Below are positions 54,161 to 64,000 of a DNA stretch of 64,000 nucleotides, in pieces. Location: NCBI RefSeq assembly GCF_006345805.1, contig NC_043013.1, positions 38,192,001 through 38,256,000 on the forward strand. Direction: 5' to 3'. This DNA is from Octopus sinensis (Eukaryota). The number at the start of each line of letters is the position of its first letter. Position 1 is the first letter of the stretch. A model generated the notes under the pieces. The model made no database searches and was not told the DNA's origin. It saw nothing but the letters and a program-made list of their open reading frames with translations. Both the position numbers and the translations under genes were made by a program.

Positions 54161-54595
54161 TTTATATTATTTTATTATATAGTGAGACATGCTGATGAGA
54201 ATTAAGGGAGGTAATCTCAAAATTTTAAATCAGTTGATCCAGGGATATCTATTGCTTCATTCTGCGGTTTTCTGCCGCAATGGTAAGTTAATTTCTTTGC
54301 TCGTAGCCCGTTTTCTGTTTTGCCTGTTGTATTTCCAGTGAATTGGTGATTATTAAAGGATATAGAAAGTGGGGAGAAAGAGCGGGGTGTACAAATACTC
54401 GGGTGCCTGATTGGGTATACAGTGAAACGTTTCCGAAATTCGGTAACCCGGTGATCTGGAATAATCTTTCAGTAGAGAATTTTCGGGGAAAGACCGCTGA
54501 TGCAAAAATTGGGTGGTGTGGGTGAAAAATAGCTTCTTGTCACTTTCCTGTTGTGTGTTGTTGAATATTTCCAATGTGGTTTCTCTGTCATACAA

Positions 54596-55008
54596 TTATT
54601 CTTTTCCACACTAGGCACAAGGCCCGAAATTTGTGGGAGGGGGCCATCGATTAGATCGGACCCCCACCCCCACCCAGGACGCAACTGATACTTATTAATT
54701 TATCGACTCTGAAAGGATGAAAAGCAAAGTCGACTTGGGTGGAATCTGAACTCAGAACATAAAGACAGACGAAATACCTATTTCTTTACTACTCACAAGG
54801 GGCTACACACAGAGGGGACAAACAAGGACAGACAAACGGATTAAGTCGATTCTATCGACCCCAGTGCGTAACTGGTACTTATTTAATTGACCCCGAAAGG
54901 ATTAAAGGTAAAGTCGACCTCGGCGGAATTTGAACTCAGGACGTAGCGGCAGACGAAATACCGCTAAGCACTTCGCCCGGCGTGCTAATGATTCTGCCAT
55001 CTCACCGT
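54596..55008 (-). mobile_element. SINE family B dimer (head + body + Tx1-like tail + body + alternative tail)
   Basis: The second unit ends CCCCCTCCCACAAATTTCGGGCCTTGTGCCTAG, not the Tx1-like tail. Confidence 0.85.
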
Positions 55009-55766
55009 CTTCTGTCATACAAGTATTATGTCACCCTTATGTACAGATGTCTCCTTAATGAGGTGGCTATAAACATAAAACAATTATGAAGTGTTCATAT
55101 ATATATGCTTGTGTGTGTGTGTGTGTGTGTACATGCATACAACTATATATACATATATGTGGGGGTGTATATAAATATGTATATATGTGAGCGTGCTTGT
55201 TTGTATACACTTATGGATATGTACGTCAGTATGCGTCAGTTGGTATATCAATTTAACTGTGTATATGAATACGTGAGTGTTTGTGCGTGAGTGTACGTGT
55301 GTGTATAACTGTGTATGCGTATGTGTGTGTATGTATATGTGTGTGTGTGTGTTTCTATCTTTGTTCTTGGAGCCATATGCATGTCTACGAGTATGTCTGT
55401 ATATCAATTTGTGTGAGTATCTACATCCCCATGTATATGGTATATACCTATATGCATGTGTGTGTGTATGTGTGCGTTTGTGTGCGTCCATGAAAATTCA
55501 GTTATGTACGCAAAGGTGTGCATGTATTAACATGTGCATACGATCTCAATTGATGTTTGTCAGTTCGCCTATATGCATAGTTGTGTGCCAACTGGAAACT
55601 TTGCCTTCACACACACAGAGACACACACATAGAATATATATACATATATGATTATTCATCAGTATGTGAGTGTGATTGTGTGTGAGTTTGTGTGTGTATT
55701 TCTGTGTGTTTATGCGTTTTTAGGTGGATGTGTTTATGTGTATGTGCGTGTGTGAGTGAACCTGTA

Positions 55767-55809
<43 letters not shown>

Positions 55810-56184
55810 CTGTGTGTGTGTGTGTGTGACTGTGTGTGTGTATAGGTTTGCTGCATGATTGCTCATGTGTGTGAAGGAGAAACAGAGAGAAAAGGAGTGA
55901 GTTTCGTAGTTGAGTAAGCATGCCAACAGCCTTGATATAGGTTAATTACCTGTTTTTCATTGACTGCTAATGCCATGCTGTGTATAATGAAGGTGCGAGT
56001 GCAGTACAAGCATTGCAATAAGTACTGCAAAAATGATTGCTAGTATACCGTGGCCTACCAAATGACGGTTCAAATCCTGTTGGGAACGAGTTTGAATCGA
56101 GGAACTGAACTCGGGAAATCGTTAGAGCAGTGGACGAGATGCTCCGCGACATTAATTCCGGATCTTAACACTTTATCTTCTCTT

Positions 56185-56450
56185 GTATCTTTTACTTGCG
56201 TCACTCATTAGTATGCGGCCATGCGGTGGCACCGCCTTGTTACAGGGAGGTAAACAAACCAACAAGGTAGTGCGGGACAAACACAGACACACGCGTAAAC
56301 TCACACGGAGAGGGGAGGCCGGTATGCATGGGCGACTGCTGGTCTTCCATAAAAAAACAACCTTGCCCAGACTTGTGCCTCGGAGGGTAACTCTCTATGT
56401 GCAAACCCATGGTCAGTGTCTGACCGAAGGGGGTCACCACCATACAGTTA
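56185..56450 (-). mobile_element. Bipartite short element: RTE-5'-UTR-like head joined to a SINE A-like tail
   Basis: Minus strand reads GGTGACCCCCTTCGGTC..GGAAGACCAGCAGTCGCCCATGC (resembles RTE 5' ends, by recollection), followed by a family A tail ending GTAAAAG. Confidence 0.45.
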
Positions 56451-56716
56451 CACACAGGTACAATGAAATACACAAGTATACACGTATACAATAACATGTA
56501 CATACGCAAATTCGCAGGCTCATGCATATATACATGCATACGGAACAAAAAACACATACAGTCATTGTGTGTGTGATTAATATATTTTCCTTTTGAATTT
56601 TCTGATTCGAATTTGAATTAAAATCCAATTTCAATATAATTTTAATTTAATTTCTAGTTTAATCCTGTTAAAGCATACAAAAATGAGCCTGAAAGTATTA
56701 TTATTGTATTTGTTAA

Positions 56717-57000
56717 GGAGGTGAACTGGCAGTATCGTTAGCACGCCGGGCGAAATGCTGAGCGGCATTTCGTTCGTCGATACGTACTGAGTTCAAATTC
56801 CGCCGAGGTCGACTTTGCCTGTCATCCTTTCGGGGGTCGAAACACTGGGGTCGATGTAACCGCCATGTCCCCTCTCCTAAAATTTCAGGCCCTGTGCCTA
56901 TAGTAGAAAAGATTATTATTGTTTTTGTTAAGGCCGCGAGAGCTGGCAGGATCCTTAACACGCCGGGCGAAATAATCTGCGCCGTTTCGTTGGACAAGAT
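56717..57000 (+). mobile_element. SINE family B copy plus a second head fragment
   Basis: Family B head and body with the alternative tail. Confidence 0.75.
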
Positions 57001-57673
57001 TTAAGCGAGGATGGAAATAGGACAACAAAGACAATATCAACGAAAATGGATGATGACAGCGATGATAATGATGATGACAGTGGTGACGATGATAGTGATG
57101 CTGATGACGATGAGCTTTTTCACATTGGGACTAGGCCTCAGATTTTTAAGGACCTGCGATGTAATCGATTTAATCGATTCTGTGCATGCAAGTGTGACAT
57201 AATTTTGTCGAGACTTCATGGGATTCAACGTAGGTCAGTTCTAGGAAGTAAACCCACAATCAAAATCTATAATACGAGATAAACACATGAAAAAAATGTG
57301 CTTAATTAAACGAGGTAGCCCGCACCCAAATAACACTCTCTCCGCCCTAATTACCCAACGAAACTAACCAATCTACCACAAGTAAATCTCTACCCAGCAA
57401 ATTTAACTGTGCAAGAACAAAATTTCAATGTAAGAATTACCAATTTGTTTACAATACCTTCACATATGTATCAATCATTTTCGTATCCTAACCGATGCAT
57501 CTATCTATACTCGCATTCTGAAGAGATTTACTTACTCCAGTAAATCGAAACGATCGTAAATCCCACTCTCATCTCTGCTTCTTACTTCTTTGTTACCTAT
57601 TTAATTAAAGACATGCCAGCATAAACCGTGAGTTTCCTATTGTTATATCCATTTTCTTCTCTAATATATATAT

Positions 57674-57804
<131 letters not shown>

Positions 57805-58295
57805 AATATATACATATATATATCAGCGTCACTCGGGCTTATCACAGATTTCGCATAAGACACATGCCTGCTCGAACAATTTCACTTTTTACCACTTCAT
57901 TTCTCACCCCAAAAGGCTTTTTTTTTATATATACCAAACGCTATGTCTTTCTCCATTTCTAAGTTAAGAGTAAAAATAAAACAACCCTGTGAAACACAAC
58001 TGATCTTCACACACAGACGCACAGAATAATAGCAATCAAATAACGACACCAGATTGCAAAACAAACATCAATGATCTGACTGTCGCCTGTACTCTTGACA
58101 AGAGATGCCAGTTAGTCCTTTACACCTACCAGGCTCGTTCGTTTTAGCCTGAGTTGCTGGATAATTTTTCATCCCTTGAAGAACATTGTAGAACGGAATC
58201 TTTTCATAGATTGGAATTTAAATCCTATTCTCTATAGAAATTTATTGTTCGAAGAAAATATTGAATTTGAATTACTAGTATAATTTTTATGATTA

Positions 58296-58620
58296 TACTA
58301 GCAGTATCGCCCGGCGTTGCTCGGGCTTGTAAGGGAAATAACTATATAAGCATTTTTAGAGAGTTATAGCCAAAGAATAGCAAAAAAATGCATTAAAAAT
58401 GGAAAAAAAATGATGGTAAATTTTTTTTTAAATCGTTGACTCATCGTAGACATTTTTAGAGAGTTACTTATATAATAGCGAAAAAACGAAGGGCTCGATA
58501 TGAATCACGACTATAAGATACCCCGTTTTGGTTAAACTGCACCGCAAAATGTGGGAGTAGTTAGGAATCTAAATCGTAGGAGACAGACACTCACACAACT
58601 TCCCTTTTATATATAAAAAT
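58296..58620 (+). mobile_element. Helitron/Helentron-like non-autonomous element
   Basis: 5' TACTAGCAGTATCGCCCGGCGTTGCTCGGG hairpin and 3' ACAGACACTCACACAACTTCCCTTTTATATAT. This layout resembles DINE-1/Lep1-type elements. Confidence 0.55.
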
Positions 58621-59193
58621 ATAACGACTTCGGCTGTAACTTCTGTGCCCGAGTGAGGCGCATGTGAACGATGTCGAGAGAACGTCTGCTAGAAATGATA
58701 TTTTTTGACACAGGGCACCTCTAAGACGACTGTCAGACGCTGAACGAACATAAACGAAATGCGACCAGGCTCAGATAAAGGAGCCCGAGTTATTGGTTGC
58801 AATTACATACTTGAAGTCAGTGTTGGCAGAAATTAATTCAGATTGCAAATACACGTCCACTTTACTAAATTTGTACTCAGACTAAGCGCGAACAGCCCGA
58901 GTGCCGGATTCGCCACTGATATATGTGTATGTGCGTGGTGGTGGTGGGGGGGTATACGTACACACATGCCCAACCATTGCGCGTGTGTTTGAGTGTGCGT
59001 GTGTCTAGACGATATTCACCAAACTCTATACATACTGGCTTAGATTAACCTGTATATTAGATGAAAAGAACTAATGAATAAGCAAGGCGCGAAAGAAGAC
59101 AAATGGTGCCACCACCCCCCCCCGCTGTTGGGAGAACAATGGGAGGGAGGAAAGAGAGAGTGAAAGGGAATTAGAGAGACAGAGTGCGTAAAT

Positions 59194-59238
<45 letters not shown>

Positions 59239-59470
59239 TGGGGGAGATTGAGCGTGCTGAAGGACAGAAGGAGAGGGCGTGCTGTGAGGAATATACTTGC
59301 TATATGCAGAATAAGATACTGACCGCAAACAAACGAAATAGAAAAGTACATGTATGCAGACACACAGACACTGCCATTGCATTGCCTCCTATATATAATG
59401 ACTGAAGCGCATAAAACATTTCCCTAATATATTTTATGTATATATGAATATATATAAATATATATATATA

Positions 59471-59863
59471 TATTAGCAGTATCACCCGGTGTTGCTTGGG
59501 TTTGTTTCGACCCTTTAGAATTGGAATTTTTGAAAAGTAAAAATTTTGCATTATGCAGCTTGTTATTCTCTTCAAGTGAACATTTTTCCAGTTGAAATAC
59601 ACCGAAAAATGGTGACACAGCAGTTAAAAATCGTAAAAAAATAGGGATTTTCATAGAAAAAAAGCACCTTTTTGATGTAAATAATTTTTGGTGTTAACAT
59701 GGTCCGATTTGAATTTTATCTTCTACGGAATGAAGAGCAAGCCTTTTTCTATCATACTCTCAATTTTGGTCAACTTGCGCTGCAGGGTCTCGAAGGAGAT
59801 AGTATTAGTTGAAGGCTACCAAACCTGCCACACACAGACAACTTCAGCTTTACATATAGAGAT
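59471..59863 (+). mobile_element. Related Helitron-like non-autonomous element; further 3'-end-like fragments at about 59905-59960 and 60132-60175
   Basis: Same 5' terminus (TATTAGCAGTATCACCCGGTGTTGCTTGGG) and a CACAGACAACTTCAGCTTTACATATAGAGAT 3' end, with a different interior. Confidence 0.5.
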
Positions 59864-60179
59864 TTGCTGCACACTACTTTCCATCCTTAATAATGAAACT
59901 TGGTAGATCCAAAAGTTAAACACAGAGACACACACACAGATACACACACAGACACACAAGTTGAGTTTTATATATATAGATTTCTCAACGGGGATTTCAG
60001 GGGAGAGTTTCAGGGAGTCGCTGGATGAATTTCGGAATAGAAATAGCGCAGTTCAATTTTCATTCGCCTAAACTTTAAGTGACCCATTTTTGTAGGTTCT
60101 ACGATTTGTTGGCTAGGAGATGTACCGGGAAGTTAAACACACAGACACACAAGTTGAGTTTTATATATATATATATATT

Positions 60180-60589
60180 GCTTCCCAATCACATGGTTCC
60201 AGGTTCAGTTCCACTACGCAACACCTTGGGTATGTGTTTTCTATTATAATCTTAGGACTTGTGTGTAGATTTGGGAGACGGAAACTGTAAGAAGCCCGTT
60301 GTATATATACATGTCTATATCTATGTCCGTGTATCTTTGTGTTTGCGTTTGTCTTTTATCACCGCTTGACAACCGATGTTGGTGTGTGTTTACGTCCCCG
60401 TAACCTAGCGGTTCGGCAAAAGAGACCGATAGAGTAAGTACTAGGCTTTAGAATGTCCCGGGTTGACTTGTTGGACTAAGGACCCGTCAAGGCGGTTCTC
60501 CAGTATGGCCACAGTCAAATGACTGAAGCAAGTAAAAGAATAGAAGGTAAAAGAATGTGGGGGGAACGTGGATATACAGATAGACAGAC

Positions 60590-60673
<84 letters not shown>

Positions 60674-60920
60674 TGATTGATTGATTAATTGATTGATTGA
60701 TTGATAGATAGATAGGTTGTGTATTTATATGTATGCCTTTGTGCTTGTCCCCCACCCTCAACGGGCTGAAAACCTGTTCGCGAAAGCGGTTCGGCGAAAG
60801 AAATCGATAGAATAAGTACTAGGCTTACAAAGAATAAGCCCTGAGGTCGTGTTGTTCTACTAAAGGCGGTGCACCAGCATGGGCGCAGTCAAATGACTGA
60901 AACAAGTAAAAGAGTGAAAG
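60180..60920 (+). mobile_element. SINE family A copy (60180-60545) plus a second tail (60760-60920) separated by (GATA)n
   Basis: Matches the family A body and tail. Confidence 0.75.
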
Positions 60921-61148
60921 AGTATATATATATACATATATACATATACATATATACATATATTCCTTGTGTTGTATGTCTTGTACTCTGTCTTTTCGTT
61001 GTTTGAAAAAAAGTTCGTTTCCATGTTTTTGCTTTTATGTTTTCGTTTCTCATTGTGTTCAACGTCTTTTTTGATGTCCTCTACCCATATATACATGTAT
61101 ATATGGATATAGATGTATGTATGTATATATGCATATATTTATATTATA

Positions 61149-61198
<50 letters not shown>

Positions 61199-61250
61199 TA
61201 TATATATACATATATAATATATATACATATATATATATATAATATATATA

Positions 61251-61302
<52 letters not shown>

Positions 61303-61333
61303 TATATATAAAGAAACAAACACTTGACGTTCT

Positions 61334-61379
<46 letters not shown>

Positions 61380-62875
61380 AGAACTTCAAGTGTTTGTTTC
61401 TTTAGAATGCGAAAGAATTAGTGCTATTTTTAGGAAAAATCTTGTTAAGTGTCTGTCTCACTGGCGCGAAAGATGACAGAGGGTACACATGTAGATCAAG
61501 TCAGGTGTGCTTATGAAATTATTTATAGTATTTTCACACATGTTGCAGTGACATTTGCTTGACGCATTATGACCGGGTTTTTTTTTTCTTTACGTATTTA
61601 TTGCTCGTTAATTTCGAATACCAACTCCTGATGATATAATTATGTGGCCTTATGCTAAGAAACTTTTACGTAAATTGTCATATGAGGATCAATTAAACAA
61701 GTGCAGAAACTATAAATAAATTTCACATTATGCACTCTCGAATTTGAGCATGACTATATTGTTTTTAACAATACGTTTGTCGATCATGTGATTTCGGATC
61801 CGGTTGCAGTGAAAGCCATGTCTCTTCCAATACATATAGACGCGTCTCAACTAAACAAATTTTGTGGACGAAGCCTGCTGTACACACACACACACACATA
61901 CACACACACACACACACACGCACACACACACACACACACACAAATACATACACACGCACAAAGAGTGGGAATCGTGGCAGACATGGAGGACTGCACCCAT
62001 GATTCAAAGAATAATAGTGGCCAGAAAACAGAGACCAACCATTTTGCTCTTGGTATATGCCGTTTCTTACGTATTACCATCACCAGTGTGCTTTCTCTTC
62101 TATTTCTTGCTGAACAGAGAATACGTCCCTTACCTATATTAGCTTAACAACTCGGACCTTAGAAAGACGTTTACTCAAGATTGACTCAAATATTACTCTT
62201 CTTTCTCTACATTCCCTTCTCTGTTCGAGTGCTACTCGGAGAAATTCATAAGCCTTTTGTAACAGATGTACATCATTGCACTTTTAAGCTCGTCAGCAAA
62301 ACTTCTTATCAGCAAAGATACCATATAGACGAGAACAAACTGTGTCCGTAATACAATTGTTTCTGTATAAGTATGCGAGTTATATATATATATATATATA
62401 TATACATATACGTATAAATATATATACATATATACGCAAACATACTCACGTACGTATAAATACATACACACATGTACGTATACGCCCATACGCACACACA
62501 TATATATGTTTGTGTAAAAGCGTGTGTGTGTTTGTATGTGTGTGCGCGTGTGCATGTATGTCTGTGTGTGCGTGCGCGCGCGTGTGTGTGTACACATATG
62601 TAAACAAAATGTGTACTTTCCATTTACGTGTTTGATCGAACAAATATACACTAACTGCAATACAATTAAAGTTGAGCTGCTCGGCTACTACTACTACTAC
62701 TACTACTACTACAGCTACAACTACTACTGGTGGTGGTGGTGGTGGTGGTGGTGGTGGTGATGATGATGTTGGTGGTGTTAGTGGCGTTGGCTGATAATGT
62801 TAGTGGTCGCTCTTTGTATTTCATTGTAAATTTGGCAGAGGTGTTGGTTATAATGATGGCGACGACGACGACGAC

Positions 62876-62915
<40 letters not shown>

Positions 62916-63462
62916 GATGGTGGTGGTGGTGACAGCAGTGGCAGTGATGATATGGGGAGGCGGCTGGGTGCAAGAAACATGCGCTAGACTATGGCGGGGG
63001 CCAGTTAGGTAGGATGGATGGTGCTGGCGGTGTTGAAGGCGGTGTTGGTAGCGAAAAGGCTGTGACCAAATAAAAGGCAATGGTGAAAATAGGACTTTTG
63101 GTAAAGACAGGTGAAATATTTTGCTCTGTTTACCAATAAGTGACCTGGAAATTAGAGAACACTCAATTACTGTTTATAAACACCCTTTCGATAGTCAGAA
63201 GGAGGGCGGGATGAAGAAGATATGAAAGAGTGTTAAGGTGTATGAATAAGGGAGAAAAAGGGGAGAAATGTAGAGGAGATGAGAGTGGAGAGGGAGAATG
63301 GGCGTGTGTATTTGTATGTGTGTGTGAGAGAGAGAGAGAAAGAGAAAGAGAGTGTGAATTGTTGAGTGAGTGAGGAGTGCTTGTGTGAAGTAGAGGGTTG
63401 TGTAGGAAGGAAGGGATGTTACACAAAGCGAGATGAATAGCTAGATATACATGTGTCTGTGT

Positions 63463-63494
<32 letters not shown>

Positions 63495-63588
63495 TTATAT
63501 GTATATGTATGTAATATCTATTTATCTGTCTTGTTCTTTCTCTTACGATTTCTTTCTTCCCTTCTCTCTGTCTGAATATACGTGTGTA

Positions 63589-63620
<32 letters not shown>

Positions 63621-63629
63621 TCTTTTATT

Positions 63630-63915
63630 CTTGTATTTGTTTCAGTCGTTTGACTGCGGCCATGCTGAAGCACCGCCCTTTTAGTCGAACAAATCGACCC
63701 CTGGACTTATTCTTTGTGAGCTTATAACTTAATTTATCGATATCTTTTGCCGAACCTCTACAATACGGGGACATAAACACACCAACATCGGCTGTCAAAC
63801 GATGATGGGGGTACAGATACACACACAAATACACACACACACATATATATAATATATATATATATATATATACGACGGGCGTCTTTCAGTTTCCGTCTAC
63901 CAAATCCACTCAAAA
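63630..63915 (-). mobile_element. SINE family A copy, truncated
   Basis: Reverse complement of the family A body and tail. Confidence 0.75.
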
Positions 63916-63964
63916 AGTTCTCTATCTATCTGTCTCTCTGTCTATCTATTTATCTGATAGATAA

Positions 63965-64000
63965 GTTTCTTTATTGGCCACACAGGGCTGCACACAGGTG
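63965..64000 (-). mobile_element. 3' terminus of a fifth Tx1-like LINE copy (E), running off the window
   Basis: GTTTCTTTATTGGCCACACAGGGCTGCACACAG is identical to the copy A end and is preceded by TCTA/GATA-type repeats. Confidence 0.85.

Overview
Eukaryotic, AT-rich, extremely repeat-dense DNA with no recognisable host protein-coding gene. It is probably octopus (inferred from the tRNA-derived SINE families and the microsatellite load). Most ORFs in the supplied track are microsatellite artefacts. The real coding signal is from transposons. (1) At 7.2-18.2 kb, four co-oriented Tx1/L1-clade LINE copies (one full-length with ORF1 zinc knuckle and APE-RT ORF2; three 5'-truncated) each abut (GATA)n, and a fifth copy starts at the window end. 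(2) R4/Dong-type RT + restriction-like-endonuclease elements lie in (TAA)n arrays at 18.6-20.4, 41.8-44.5 and 49.9-51.0 kb. (3) There are decayed Tc1/mariner transposases, MITEs, Helitron-like non-autonomous elements, an RTE fragment and many SINEs. Best leads: an apparently (GATA)n-targeting Tx1 family; a SINE whose 3' tail matches that LINE's 3' end; a tRNA-headed short element carrying a minimal hammerhead ribozyme; further hammerhead-like motifs next to inverted duplications; and a 547-bp non-coding element inside a Dong-type TAA array. All identities and folds were judged by eye. No database searches were run.
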